From a virus, in the IMG/VR virus record IMGVR_UViG_3300038465_000055, positions 1 to 64,000 of that record: a stretch of DNA of 64,000 bases. The stretch is one strand, 5' to 3'. A program made the translations under genes and the position numbers. The notes under the pieces are model-generated. The model worked only from the letters and a program-made list of their open reading frames with translations, did not search any database and was not told the origin of the DNA. Below are positions 25,622 through 35,879 of this stretch, piece by piece; within the stretch, counting starts at the first letter, position 1, and each line of letters begins with the position of its first letter.

Positions 25622-27067
25622 CTACCCCTGCGCAATCGAGATCGCCGCAGCGCTAGTCGAGAAATAGCTTTCCTGATCGCCCGCGACGATCCCCGTGCCG
25701 GCCTGCGGTGGCGTGCTGATCCCGTTGATTGAAACCGTGGGGATGACGCGCGTGAGATATGCCGGATTTAGCACCGTGACGATCGCAGCCTGAAATGCCG
25801 CGATCAGCTCGAATTCGTTGATCGGCTGTCCTACCGTGATCCCATTGATGTATGCAGCCACCGCTGGCGCCCCGAGCTGCGCAATCGATGCCGTGTTTAC
25901 GAAATTAACCTGAGTCGTATTCCAGATGATGCTGACCGTCACCGTCTGCTGCGGCGGCGTGACATAGGTTACGTTGTAGATATCCGGGAAATTATTGATG
26001 GAAACCGAGATATTGCGGGCATTCGGCGTGGCAACTCCGCCGCTTACGTAAGGAGAAAATCCCGTCGAGTTTATGCTGATCGTGAAATTCTTTTCATCTA
26101 TCACCGCAACGACCGTCGTCGGGATGCCGTTGATCTGCACCATGCCGAGAACGCCGTTCAGCTCGACCGGATTTCCTGCGACGTATCCGTGATTAAGCGT
26201 GGTCGTCACTTGCGCATTTGCAGCTTGTGTAATGTTCGACACCGTCATCGACGAGCCGATCAATCCGGTGATGTCGACACCCGAATTCAGGATGGCATTG
26301 GCGACAAGATTTGGATCGCCTCCGCCAACGATGATTTCCCAGCCTCCATTGTTCGGCGCCTGAAGGATAGAAACGAGCTGCGATTGCACGCCGGATATTT
26401 GCTCCAACGCCGTTCGCAAGGTCGTCTGAAAACCGGTGCCTGCGGAAAGAAAACCCTGCTGCACGCGCGCGCGATACGATGCCGCCGTCTCACCTGTGGT
26501 CGAAGGAATTCCTGCAAGCGGATTGTTCACCGTCAACGTCACGTCGTCGGGCACCGATGTCACGAGCTGCTGCACCGTGCCGGGAGGTACCGCCCACGAT
26601 CCCACCACCGAGGCCAGAGCAAAAAGCGGCGCTGTCGTGCCGTTGCCAGATCCATTGTTTGCCCCGATGATTCCTCCGTCTGTGATCGTGTATTGATAAG
26701 TGCCATCGCTGACGATGAATCCGATCCCGATAACGAATCCCGGCGTTCCGGTGAACACAACGAAAACGCTGGTATTGCTGGCACCTCCGATCTGGATTCC
26801 TGTCTGCTGTCCCTGCTGCACAAGCAGGAATTCATTGGCGCCAAGCGCGGTGAGCGAGTTGATAAGATCGACGCGAAATTGGTCGCATTCCAGAATCGCG
26901 AAGGTATCGGTTTGGTTGACGTCGGAAATAAGAGAGGCCGGCAGCCGTCCAGTGTAGCCCGGCGCCGCCGCAGCGATCGCGGCAATGAGACTATCCAGCA
27001 CCGCTTGAGGCTGTAGCGGCGTGAGTCCGGCAGCCGTCACCACAGTCGGAAGATCGGTGGCACTCAT
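25622..27067 (-). CDS. Baseplate J-like protein
   Basis: VVFTGTPGFVI..VSDG, ETAASYRARV, VANAI; FCCH-like insert. Confidence 0.88.
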   Translation of the reverse strand: MSATDLPTVVTAAGLTPLQPQAVLDSLIAAIAAAAPGYTGRLPASLISDVNQTDTFAILECDQFRVDLINSLTALGANEFLLVQQGQQTGIQIGGASNTSVFVVFTGTPGFVIGIGFIVSDGTYQYTITDGGIIGANNGSGNGTTAPLFALASVVGSWAVPPGTVQQLVTSVPDDVTLTVNNPLAGIPSTTGETAASYRARVQQGFLSAGTGFQTTLRTALEQISGVQSQLVSILQAPNNGGWEIIVGGGDPNLVANAILNSGVDITGLIGSSMTVSNITQAANAQVTTTLNHGYVAGNPVELNGVLGMVQINGIPTTVVAVIDEKNFTISINSTGFSPYVSGGVATPNARNISVSINNFPDIYNVTYVTPPQQTVTVSIIWNTTQVNFVNTASIAQLGAPAVAAYINGITVGQPINEFELIAAFQAAIVTVLNPAYLTRVIPTVSINGISTPPQAGTGIVAGDQESYFSTSAAAISIAQG

Positions 27068-27432
27068 CCCGGAACCCCTACATTGATCGTCGGTATCACC
27101 GCGCCTGTCTTGGTGACGATGTTAACGTTATAGGTCGGATTGCCATCCTCGTCGGCCGGGCCGGGCGCGATCGATAGATTGGCAAAATATGGAGCGAACT
27201 GCTGCTGCGTGATGGTCGATTGGTAATCCGGATGCGTCTGCGTGATCACCGAGTTCATCGCGTTGATACCATAATTGGCGTTGTACGGAGCCTCATTGAG
27301 ATTGAGTTTCAACACCTGAATCAGCGTCGTTACCCAAACCCAAGTGTCATCGCCGGTCACCGGATCAGTCGCGACCTCAACCCAGATCGTCGGATTTCCG
27401 TTTTCATCCTTGATGCGGCCGAACGTGCGCAT
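27064..27432 (-). CDS. Baseplate wedge/sheath initiator-like protein
   Basis: MRTFGR..LIQVLKLNLNEAP; position between spike and J. Confidence 0.7.
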   Translation of the reverse strand: MRTFGRIKDENGNPTIWVEVATDPVTGDDTWVWVTTLIQVLKLNLNEAPYNANYGINAMNSVITQTHPDYQSTITQQQFAPYFANLSIAPGPADEDGNPTYNVNIVTKTGAVIPTINVGVPG

Positions 27433-27472
27433 CAGGCAGACCTCGCGATTTCACTGGCTTGGGTAAGGTTGG

Positions 27473-28120
27473 TCATACCGGCGGCCCCGTGTCGCCGCTG
27501 CCAGTCTGGACGCCGCTGTGAATGTGAGCGCTCAATATCTTGCCTTCCGAATTTATGGTTCCGGTCGTCGTGATGTTGGCGCTACCGAAATCGATAAGGC
27601 CGTCCGTGATCTTGATGGTTGTGGCGCCCACGGTGATGTCGACTTCCGTTTCTGATCCGACGATCTTGACGTTACCGTTCTGCGATCGAGCGATAAACCC
27701 TTCCGGCCCGTAAATCTCGTATTTGTTCGGATCGGTCGGCGCTGTGAATCCCTTGTTACCCAGAGGGGCAAATACAAGAGCCCCAAGATTGGCTGGTTGA
27801 GCGAGCGTAGCCGTTCCGCCGCCGAGCCCGGTAATCCCACCTAGTCTGGCGTCCGCCGGTTTTACCCAGCCCTTGCAGCCAACCTGAATCGGAACGCGCG
27901 CATATTCCGAGCCCTCTACCGGCACCGTCACAGTGGTGAACGTCGCCGTCTGTCCCGGTGTCTGGATCTGAAAGCTGACGGTAACGACCGATCCCATCAC
28001 CGCGGTCACCGAGCACGGCAGCGCATAGCCTGATCGAACAAGTGCACCGTGTATTTTCTTTTCCGTGAATTGATTGATGTAGCGCTGGAACGGACTGCGC
28101 TGAGAGTCGCCGCTGCTCAT
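27473..28120 (-). CDS. Baseplate spike (gpV/Gp138-like)
   Basis: LPCSVTAV..PIQVGCKG; C-terminal HIHSGVQTGSGDTGPP. Confidence 0.85.
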   Translation of the reverse strand: MSSGDSQRSPFQRYINQFTEKKIHGALVRSGYALPCSVTAVMGSVVTVSFQIQTPGQTATFTTVTVPVEGSEYARVPIQVGCKGWVKPADARLGGITGLGGGTATLAQPANLGALVFAPLGNKGFTAPTDPNKYEIYGPEGFIARSQNGNVKIVGSETEVDITVGATTIKITDGLIDFGSANITTTGTINSEGKILSAHIHSGVQTGSGDTGPPV

Positions 28121-29187
28121 GACGTCGATGCTCCCGTGTTCGCAGACTGCTGCGTCGGATAAGCATCGAACACGGTAACCCACGCGCCTGCGTCGGACTG
28201 TCTGAAATTTCCGATATGCCGCATCGACTGGATGAAGAACGAACCTTGAAACGCCACTTTCTGATTAACGAGGAAACCTTGCGCCTGCGCGCTGTTAGTC
28301 ACCAACGTCTGCGGCATCTTCACAGACTGACCGACTTTAAGATCAGCGCGCATCGCGCATTTGAAATTGATCAGCGGCGCGTTCTGCCAAGAGGGCTGGC
28401 CTATCAGATCAACGAAATTGATTTGCGCGGAGTTGCCACCGGGAGTTGTCGTGCTTCCAGCCTGCGAAGGAAATGTCGCCGCCGAAGATCCTGACGTCGA
28501 CGGCGATGACGATCCTGATCCTCCCATGCCGTCGAAAACGTTGAACGTTTTCTGAAACGGAACGATGCTCACTCCGGGATAGTTGGTGCCTCCGATGATT
28601 GCCTTGCTCGTCTCATTCGCCCATTGGGCAAACGAAGTGAGATCCGGATAGTGACCATACTGGCTTTCAGGAAAAACCAGAATCGAGCTTATGTTGCTGT
28701 TCACCGAGAAGTCTGGATAGGCTGTCGTCAACGCGCTCTTGATCGCGGTACCCATCGTTTGACCCTGAGGCCAAACCAGAGAAAGGTTTTTTGGATTAGG
28801 CGTTCCGCCGGTGATCGAGCTATTGCCTGTTGGGGCGTCGCCTGCGCGAATAATTAATGCCAGCCATTGATCAGTGTCGATCCAGTTGCCGAATGCATTG
28901 AGAATGTAACCCTGTGCCAAGAGGCCAGCCTGCGCAGGATTGGCCAGCGGAAGACCCTTCGCAAATCCTCCATAGACGCTGATGCTCTTGTTGATCAGGT
29001 TGTTCGCCTGACTGAGAGTCGAAAGCGGAACGCCCCATATTTTTACCAGCGCGTCGCCAAAGGGAAGATGGGCAGACACAACCGGAAGATCAATCTCAAC
29101 CTGCAAGGCATTCGGATTGGTCGAGCCATCACCGTTGAGGCTCGTATAGGTGGCGCCGCCGCCGATCTGGATTGAGTAATAGCGCAT
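28117..29187 (-). CDS. Baseplate hub protein
   Basis: MRYYSIQI..LIGQPSW..MRHIGNFRQSDAGAWVT. Confidence 0.8.
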   Translation of the reverse strand: MRYYSIQIGGGATYTSLNGDGSTNPNALQVEIDLPVVSAHLPFGDALVKIWGVPLSTLSQANNLINKSISVYGGFAKGLPLANPAQAGLLAQGYILNAFGNWIDTDQWLALIIRAGDAPTGNSSITGGTPNPKNLSLVWPQGQTMGTAIKSALTTAYPDFSVNSNISSILVFPESQYGHYPDLTSFAQWANETSKAIIGGTNYPGVSIVPFQKTFNVFDGMGGSGSSSPSTSGSSAATFPSQAGSTTTPGGNSAQINFVDLIGQPSWQNAPLINFKCAMRADLKVGQSVKMPQTLVTNSAQAQGFLVNQKVAFQGSFFIQSMRHIGNFRQSDAGAWVTVFDAYPTQQSANTGASTS

Positions 29188-29190
29188 CGG

Positions 29191-29793
29191 TCAACCCTTC
29201 CATCGACGAAGGGCCGCCTCACTCATTCGTTTCCGAGTTTCCTCAGACCTCTTTCGGCCGACATTGATCGTGTTGCCTTTTTTGAAACAATTGTTCTCCG
29301 TCCTCGGTAGGGTATTGCCCACTCCTCCTCCTCCGCCGATCCTATTTGGCACCAATTCTCCAGATAGAAGCCTGCGAGTCATACGCTCGCTCAATACCCT
29401 CCTCGCTTCTGGGGAAGCGAATTGAGCCTTTGCTTTTCGACTAAGCTTGGCTCGAGTCTGCTCAGAAAAATTATGAGCACCACCACCGCCATCTGACCTA
29501 TTCCAAAGCGGCCCCTTTAATTTGTCAGCACGACCTATCTCATCGATCAAGCGGCGCTCGTTTTCGTAAGCCTCCTCTCTTGTGAGCCCACAAATTATCT
29601 TCTTGGGAACCACAGAAAGACCGCAGCCGATCGCATGAAGGATGCCAAGATTTTTTGAAGGGCTAATATTTTTCGCAAGCTCCCTAGCCGCATTTCTTAT
29701 GTGCATGTTCATGCGGTATCCGCTTCCCATTCCGATATATCTTGGGATGGGATCATCACCGACAAATAGGCCATAGACATAGAACTTGTTCAT
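29191..29793 (-). CDS. GIY-YIG-family homing endonuclease with NUMOD3-like tail
   Basis: FYVYGL..RYIGMG..R; LTREEAYENE; LWNRSDGG; GRKRSEETRKRMSEA. Confidence 0.85.
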   Translation of the reverse strand: MNKFYVYGLFVGDDPIPRYIGMGSGYRMNMHIRNAARELAKNISPSKNLGILHAIGCGLSVVPKKIICGLTREEAYENERRLIDEIGRADKLKGPLWNRSDGGGGAHNFSEQTRAKLSRKAKAQFASPEARRVLSERMTRRLLSGELVPNRIGGGGGVGNTLPRTENNCFKKGNTINVGRKRSEETRKRMSEAALRRWKG

Positions 29794-30281
29794 GGCGACA
29801 CTTCTATTTGATTGTTGGCGATACGGTACACCAGAGTCGAGTTGAAGTATCCAGCGGTCAGGCTGATGTTCTCGCTGGCGACGCCAAGCCTCGTCGCAGC
29901 TCCCGGATCGGCCATCAGCGGATAGGTGAATGTGTACCGGCCTGTGACATAGGCGAGCACCTGACCGTTGTAGGCGTCCGGCGTCGAGCCCGTGATCGTG
30001 AGCGCCACCGTACTGCCGATTCGGTATGGAATGGGATTCGCAAGCGTCCCTGTCACAAAACCATTGGCCCATGACAGCTCCGCAAGATTGGCCCCGTTCG
30101 GAGATCCCACCATTGCCTTGTTGACGATCAGCGTGCCGTCGAGACCTGCGATCGCGAGATAGTATCGCTGCGCCGCCATATTAAAGGTGACGGTCGCGTT
30201 GTAGACCTGACCGTCCAGCGTGGGCTGGAACGTATAGTTCGCGGTCGGTACCGGCGTGAAATCATAATAGGTGATGCTCAT
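29790..30281 (-). CDS. Baseplate plug-like protein with FCCH-like insert
   Basis: FQPTLDGQVYNATVTFNMAAQRYYL; NISLTAGYFNSTLVYR. Confidence 0.7.
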   Translation of the reverse strand: MSITYYDFTPVPTANYTFQPTLDGQVYNATVTFNMAAQRYYLAIAGLDGTLIVNKAMVGSPNGANLAELSWANGFVTGTLANPIPYRIGSTVALTITGSTPDAYNGQVLAYVTGRYTFTYPLMADPGAATRLGVASENISLTAGYFNSTLVYRIANNQIEVSP

Positions 30282-31018
30282 AGGCCGTTGCCGCCGATCC
30301 CGCCAATTGATCCGCTACCCGCCACGCTGCTGCCGCTGGACGATCCCAGCGATGGCACCACCGAGGAGCCGGTGAGGGACTGCGGTGACGTCGACGCATT
30401 GGCGCCAGACGTCGATCCGTCCGTCGTCAGGCCGCCAGAGATCTTGCTCATCATGGTATTGAGAACATTCGAAGCATCTGACTGCGTGAGAAGCGGCTTG
30501 CGAAACGTCCATATCCATTCGGACTGAGGTTGTTTCGGATTTGGCGACACGTCATCCAACCCAAGCAAAACCAAATTGGTGTAATAATAGGCCGGCGTCG
30601 CCACCGTATAGGTTCCTCCAGACGCATTGTGCTGGTCGAGTGCAGCCTTCAACGCCGTCATCGTGGCCAGCTTTATCAGCCACGCGCCCGATCCCCGCGC
30701 CGGGCAATACATCTTCAGCATGACTTTGAGTGGATCAGAGATGACCGCATTCGCCGCTGTGGCCTGATTCGCGAACGGATATTCGCCGAGCCGCTGTGCG
30801 ATCAGAGAGCCACCCGGCATCACCACGAAATTAGCAAAGCAGTTATTCAGATCGAGGTTGGCGCCTTGAAGAATTCCAGCGGTGAAATTGATCGCCTCCG
30901 TCAGCGCGATGATCGGCAACATCCCGCCGAGAAGCGTGGCGATCCCATTGGTCAAAATGATAGGCGAGAGCTGATAGCTCAATTGCGCCGCGATCGCCCC
31001 TGTCGGTTGTCCTGCCAT
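30278..31018 (-). CDS. Tail/baseplate protein (tube initiator-like)
   Basis: YQLSPIILTNGIA..YPFANQATAANAVI..HNASGGTYTVATP. Confidence 0.7.
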   Translation of the reverse strand: MAGQPTGAIAAQLSYQLSPIILTNGIATLLGGMLPIIALTEAINFTAGILQGANLDLNNCFANFVVMPGGSLIAQRLGEYPFANQATAANAVISDPLKVMLKMYCPARGSGAWLIKLATMTALKAALDQHNASGGTYTVATPAYYYTNLVLLGLDDVSPNPKQPQSEWIWTFRKPLLTQSDASNVLNTMMSKISGGLTTDGSTSGANASTSPQSLTGSSVVPSLGSSSGSSVAGSGSIGGIGGNGL

Positions 31019-31056
31019 TGCCCTGAAGTTCCATGACTCGAGTCGTGGTTTTTACC

Positions 31057-32742
31057 TTACTGCGCAACTTGTCTTGTGTTGGTTATGACGGTGCCGCCTG
31101 CCGCATTCTCGATCTTGACCTCGACCTTTGGATTGTAGCCGGGGACACTATGTCCGTGCCTGATATATTTCTGCGTTTCCCATGGCAAAACGTTGATGTT
31201 GTCTCCCGTTCGATGAAACTTGTTGGCGCGACCGGGACCGGCATTGTAGGCCGCAAGGATTTCGTCCGTGTTGCCACCATAGCGCTTGGTCAGATCCGCT
31301 AGAATCGCATCAGCAACCTGCTCATTATACTTCGCATCTTTCAGGCGACTTGGATCAAATCCATACTGCCGCGCCGTGCCGGGCATGACCTGATATCTGC
31401 CGATCGCTCCAGCCGATGAAACCTCCTGATCGCCGCTTCCCTCCAGTTTGCGAACTAGCCCCTTGAGCCACGCGGCATCACCGGTACCTCCGCCAGCGTT
31501 CGCATTTCCGGAGAAAACATCCCATAGCTGCGACACCGCGCTCTTACCGGTCGTCTCGCGCTCCTCGCGCAATGCGCGCGCTCTATTCTTGGTCCCCTCG
31601 TATCCTTCGGAGCCTTCGCCGCCGCCCATCCATTCGATAAACCCACCGATCTTTTTGGCGATCGTCACCATGCCGTCGACGAACGTGCCGATAGCCTTTA
31701 GGAATTCCGGCGTCGAGACATAATCCGCAAATCCTTCTAGCCCTGCCGCAACCCGCTTGATGACGTCCTCGAGTCCCTTGTTACCGAGGAAGCGTTCAAC
31801 GACGTGCGTCGCTGCTTCTGACAGCTTTTGCAGCGGTCCAGTCAAAGGCGTGAGACCGCGAATGAACACCGTTTCGATCGTGTTGCCCGCCGCCCCCAGC
31901 CGCGTATTGAAATCCTGCCAGCGCTTCAGATCTTCCTGCGACACTCCCATCGCACCGCGATCGCGACCGAAGCTTCCGCCCAGCTCGTTCAATTCCTTGT
32001 AGGACGTGGCCTTCAACGCTTGGAACTGTTCCGGGGTAATGATCCCATCCAGCTTGCGCGCCGATAGCGTATCTGACAGCAGCGCATCCGGCGTTCTGTC
32101 TGCAAGCCGCTTCAGGCCGCGTAGGACGCGCATGGAGACGTCTGTAGTATCCCCGGTCAGATCCCGCTCGCTCAAGCCTGCGCCGTACAGGGACGCCCGC
32201 CCAGCCGCGCTATGCAGTGCCGAGTTAACGCCACCAAGGAATTCCGGTCCGACGATTCGGCCGAAGTTCGTGTTGAAAGCTTTCTGATCGCCGAATTGCG
32301 TGTTGTGGCCGAGCCCGTATTGCCGGCCAGCGCTGGCCGATTGCGCCAGCCGCTCGATGCCAAAGAGGCCGCCAGCGCCCAGCAACCCGGTAAAGATCCC
32401 GGTGAGCGTGCCCCATTTCAGCAGCGAATTTGTCGCGCTGGTAATGTTGGCTGCCACCGTCTTGGTATTGCGAGCCAGATCGCGCCAGTATTCCATCTCG
32501 GTCTTGGTGATGCGCAGCGCCTTCTCATGCGCCTCCGTCATCAGCTTCGCCTTGCCGATCGATGCCACCTCCAGCGCCACAAGCTCTTGAAAGCTTTTGA
32601 CGTTGCCTGTGACCATGTTCTGAATGGAGCGCAATTGCTGCGGATGCTTCGCGAGCAACGCCGAATACTGGCGATAGTTCGCATGGAATCGATTGAACGC
32701 GCTATCGTTCAGATCAATGTCGATGATAGATTTGACCGGCAT
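31057..32742 (-). CDS. Tape measure protein with C-terminal lytic transglycosylase
   Basis: Helical body; LEGSG..SSAGAIGRYQVMPGTA..LAAYNAGPG..ETQKY. Confidence 0.85.
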   Translation of the reverse strand: MPVKSIIDIDLNDSAFNRFHANYRQYSALLAKHPQQLRSIQNMVTGNVKSFQELVALEVASIGKAKLMTEAHEKALRITKTEMEYWRDLARNTKTVAANITSATNSLLKWGTLTGIFTGLLGAGGLFGIERLAQSASAGRQYGLGHNTQFGDQKAFNTNFGRIVGPEFLGGVNSALHSAAGRASLYGAGLSERDLTGDTTDVSMRVLRGLKRLADRTPDALLSDTLSARKLDGIITPEQFQALKATSYKELNELGGSFGRDRGAMGVSQEDLKRWQDFNTRLGAAGNTIETVFIRGLTPLTGPLQKLSEAATHVVERFLGNKGLEDVIKRVAAGLEGFADYVSTPEFLKAIGTFVDGMVTIAKKIGGFIEWMGGGEGSEGYEGTKNRARALREERETTGKSAVSQLWDVFSGNANAGGGTGDAAWLKGLVRKLEGSGDQEVSSAGAIGRYQVMPGTARQYGFDPSRLKDAKYNEQVADAILADLTKRYGGNTDEILAAYNAGPGRANKFHRTGDNINVLPWETQKYIRHGHSVPGYNPKVEVKIENAAGGTVITNTRQVAQ

Positions 32743-32746
32743 GGCT

Positions 32747-33092
32747 TCAGAATATGCCCTTCTTGGCGATCACTCCGGTTAGCGTCGCCAGCGAGTTTAG
32801 TATATACCGCTGCCGAAACTCATGGGCCGTACTCCAATCAGCCTCCGGATTGAGATCTTCCATGAAATCGTGGAAGCCCTCGTTCGCCGTCCAATTCAGG
32901 ATGGCGGCGACAATCCCTTGGCTGTCTCTCCAGAACTGGCGATCGCGGTCAACGTCGGTAAGGAATTCCGATAGGCCGTAGAGTTCAATGATGTTGTGTG
33001 CGCATCCCAGAGCGTACCGACCTTTCGGCCCACTTCTAACAGCATCGCCAATTCTTTTCGCCTGCGCATAACCGAGTTGACAGTAAAAAAAA
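32747..33092 (-). CDS. Tail assembly chaperone, -1 frameshift extension (lambda GT-like)
   Basis: -1 frame open from the T8 run to a stop 4 bp before the tape-measure start. Confidence 0.55.
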
Positions 33093-33528
33093 CGAGGATG
33101 TTTTCGACCTCGTCGGCGTCCTGTTTGTCCAGCACGCCCTTCTTGACTGCCTCGTCCATCCCCATGGAATGCCACGCCGTAGCTTTCCATTGAGGAGATT
33201 TGCCCTCGTCCTCAACCACGACAGCCTTTTCGTTCGGAACGATAACGTGAGCCAACCGCCTGACTTCCCCGATGACGTTCATCTCGACGCCCTGCGGACC
33301 TTCCCACACGCCCTGATCCTTGGCTATGTCCCGGAGCGCCTTTGCCGCGATGCGCGACCCGCCCGCGCTGCCATGGCCGCCGCCGAATATCTTGGAATAG
33401 GTCTGACCGAGAACATCCCAATACACATCGAACGTCTCCGGTGAGATAGGTGCAGCATGGACATAGACGACACCGCGATCTTCAGTTTCAACAGGCACGA
33501 CAAAATTCAACGTCTGATCAATCTTCAT
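32896..33528 (-). CDS. Tail assembly chaperone
   Basis: Between tube and tape measure; contains a T8 slippery run (VFF). Confidence 0.75.
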   Translation of the reverse strand: MKIDQTLNFVVPVETEDRGVVYVHAAPISPETFDVYWDVLGQTYSKIFGGGHGSAGGSRIAAKALRDIAKDQGVWEGPQGVEMNVIGEVRRLAHVIVPNEKAVVVEDEGKSPQWKATAWHSMGMDEAVKKGVLDKQDADEVENILVFFTVNSVMRRRKELAMLLEVGRKVGTLWDAHTTSLNSTAYRNSLPTLTAIASSGETAKGLSPPS

Positions 33529-33576
33529 GCAGACTCTCCCGTTGGCCGCCCGGTGAAGGCGGTTTGTCCTAAGACT

Positions 33577-34023
33577 TTACGCAGCATTCCACATCGCATT
33601 GTTCACGTAGTACGTCGATTTGAAGCGTACCGTGAACGCCGGATTTGTGCCTCCAGAGTCGAGTCCGTCGACGCCTTCGATCGCCGCATTCACCACGTCG
33701 AACGGTGGAATGGCTGCGGTATCGAGCCGGATCGAACAGTTGCCCAACCGCGTGTCGTTTTCCCATGCCGCCTTGTAGAGCGCCGCAAGCGCGACCGTCT
33801 TGACGATCCCCACGCTGAAGGAAAACATCATCCACGGTTCCGGCGACGTGACGGCGCCAGCCATCGCCGCAAGGAATTGCGTCATGTCGCCGTCGATCCC
33901 AAGCTTGATCGCCTCTTTCGTCATGTTTTGAGCATTGACGTCGAGCGACGGGAAGGCGTCAAACAGAACGCTGCCGCGCAGCCTGTTGAGCGAACCGAGC
34001 TGAATGAGAGGATTGGCAGCCAT
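33577..34023 (-). CDS. Tail tube protein
   Basis: NPLIQLGSLNRLRGSV..GAVTSPEP; follows sheath. Confidence 0.8.
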   Translation of the reverse strand: MAANPLIQLGSLNRLRGSVLFDAFPSLDVNAQNMTKEAIKLGIDGDMTQFLAAMAGAVTSPEPWMMFSFSVGIVKTVALAALYKAAWENDTRLGNCSIRLDTAAIPPFDVVNAAIEGVDGLDSGGTNPAFTVRFKSTYYVNNAMWNAA

Positions 34024-34050
34024 GACGATCTCGCCCTTTCAGAAAAAGGT

Positions 34051-35436
34051 TTATGCGTTGACGATGAAATTCGAAACCGAGAGATTGTATATGATCTGTT
34101 TGAACCCGCGCGCCGGGACATAGGCAATCGACAACCCGCGGTATATCCCCGCCGGGAAGTCGGTCGGATTTTCCGCAGCATTGATCAGGAATGGTTCGGC
34201 GTTGACGACGGTCATCCCGGTATAGGCGCCAGATTCAAACGCTGTGATGAAGTCGCTCTGCGAGAGCTGTGTTTGTATAGTGTTGCCATTGAGAACGAGG
34301 CCGTTTGTGACACCTTGCTGCATCGTGCTCAATGCAACCCGCTGTATGCGGTTGATGCCGTTCTGATCATAGTACAACGGATTGTTTTTGTTGTTCGAAT
34401 TGGCGACGACATAATTCGAGGTATTGAGGTCGAGGTTGATTTCAACCCAATCGACCGAATACCAATAGAGCATGTCGTTGCCGTCCAGCGACGTGCCATC
34501 GCGCAGGATGACGTTCGACAACCCGGCTTCCGAAGCTGGGCCACCATAGTTGACGAAAGCCGCTTCGAACTCGGTGGTCTGCGTTCCGAAGCCCGCCGCC
34601 GGCCATGGCGTGATGCCGAAGCCGTAGTTGTAGCAGAACGGAGTCGCCTTGCTTGTGGATGACGGATTCTGCCCGATCAGGCTGCGGAACGGCCATGCCG
34701 CGCCGAATTCGGTTGGCGGCGCATCTGGCGATGGAATGAAGATGAACGCCGACTTGTCCGCGCCAACATAATCGGTGTAGGTCCCCGGCGTGCTGGTCGT
34801 GATGAAGTAAAGCCGCGATGTCGGAGTCGTGTATTGCGCTATCAGCGCGAGATACTGCGACAGGCCATCCCATTCTGACGGGACGAGGAACGCATAGATC
34901 GTGCCGGGATTGGCCGCGATATAGGTCGCCAGCGCAGCGATCGCAGCAACCGGCGCCAGATCGCCCAGCTCAAGCACATAGGGTGCAACCTGACTCCCCT
35001 GCGCCCAGAACGTATTATTCTGCGTGACCAGCTCGTTGACGTCGGCAGATATCCAAGTGCCGGGCACCGTTTCCGCCCCCGGATTCGCCGCCAGCGGATA
35101 AGTAAAGGTGCTGGCACCGGTCACCGTCGCCAAGAATGTGCCGTTGTAAGCAGCCGGCACCGCACCAACGATCGCGACTCCCAACGTCGAAGGATTTGGA
35201 AGCCCATGAGGCGCCGCGGTGGTAACGGTTGCGATACCACTCAGCCACGTGATCGAGGTGATCGCCGCCCCCGGCGTCAGGATCGAATTGATGGAATTGG
35301 ACTGCGTCAGGAGTTGCCTCGTCCCCGGCGCCAGCGTGGTGCCTCCGACCGAAACGATGGCGCCAGTTTGCTGCAAGGTCGAAGGGGCGGGCGCGGAAAC
35401 GATGTTCGCGTTGACGATCGTGATCGGATTGCTCAT
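34051..35436 (-). CDS. Tail sheath protein with FCCH-like insert
   Basis: YWYSVDWVEIN..NPLYYDQNGINRIQ..PARGFKQI. Confidence 0.85.
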   Translation of the reverse strand: MSNPITIVNANIVSAPAPSTLQQTGAIVSVGGTTLAPGTRQLLTQSNSINSILTPGAAITSITWLSGIATVTTAAPHGLPNPSTLGVAIVGAVPAAYNGTFLATVTGASTFTYPLAANPGAETVPGTWISADVNELVTQNNTFWAQGSQVAPYVLELGDLAPVAAIAALATYIAANPGTIYAFLVPSEWDGLSQYLALIAQYTTPTSRLYFITTSTPGTYTDYVGADKSAFIFIPSPDAPPTEFGAAWPFRSLIGQNPSSTSKATPFCYNYGFGITPWPAAGFGTQTTEFEAAFVNYGGPASEAGLSNVILRDGTSLDGNDMLYWYSVDWVEINLDLNTSNYVVANSNNKNNPLYYDQNGINRIQRVALSTMQQGVTNGLVLNGNTIQTQLSQSDFITAFESGAYTGMTVVNAEPFLINAAENPTDFPAGIYRGLSIAYVPARGFKQIIYNLSVSNFIVNA

Positions 35437-35489
35437 CGGGTGCCCCTAGAGGGAGATGTGATGCTGGTTTCCGCGCCTTTGGCTTGCAA

Positions 35490-35861
35490 TTACTCGTAGT
35501 TTATCGCGATCGTCTGGCCAGCGCCGGGGACGACTACAATGCCAGTGGAGCATGGGAAGTTGAGCTGGGTATTCCCGACCGCGGCTGGCGTCGTAGCGAT
35601 CTGGTTGGCCGCCGCAGCCGCGCCAGTGGTCGCACAATCGTTGATGGTCCCAGCCGCACCGGCCACCACAACTGTAAATGAAATGACGGTTCCCGGCGTC
35701 GCCTTCACGACGGTGGCCACCGTGATATTTTTAAGCGTGGTGGACGCATCGGAAGCCTGACTCGCTGTTTCGAGCCGGCCGGCCGCGTCCGCCAGCGCTG
35801 GCACATAAGCACCTGACGGATTCTTCGCATACATTTTCTGGGCGTTTGCGTTCTGGACCAT
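35490..35861 (-). CDS. Small beta-sandwich virion protein
   Basis: NITVATVVKATPG..GTINDC..FPCSTGIVVVPGAGQTIAINY. Confidence 0.7.
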   Translation of the reverse strand: MVQNANAQKMYAKNPSGAYVPALADAAGRLETASQASDASTTLKNITVATVVKATPGTVISFTVVVAGAAGTINDCATTGAAAAANQIATTPAAVGNTQLNFPCSTGIVVVPGAGQTIAINYE

Positions 35862-35879
35862 CGTCGTCTCGCTCCTATT

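Noticed and set aside
33457-34662. 401-aa plus-strand ORF; likewise 55327-56586 (419 aa)
   Set aside because: Antisense to the sheath/tube and portal genes; no motifs
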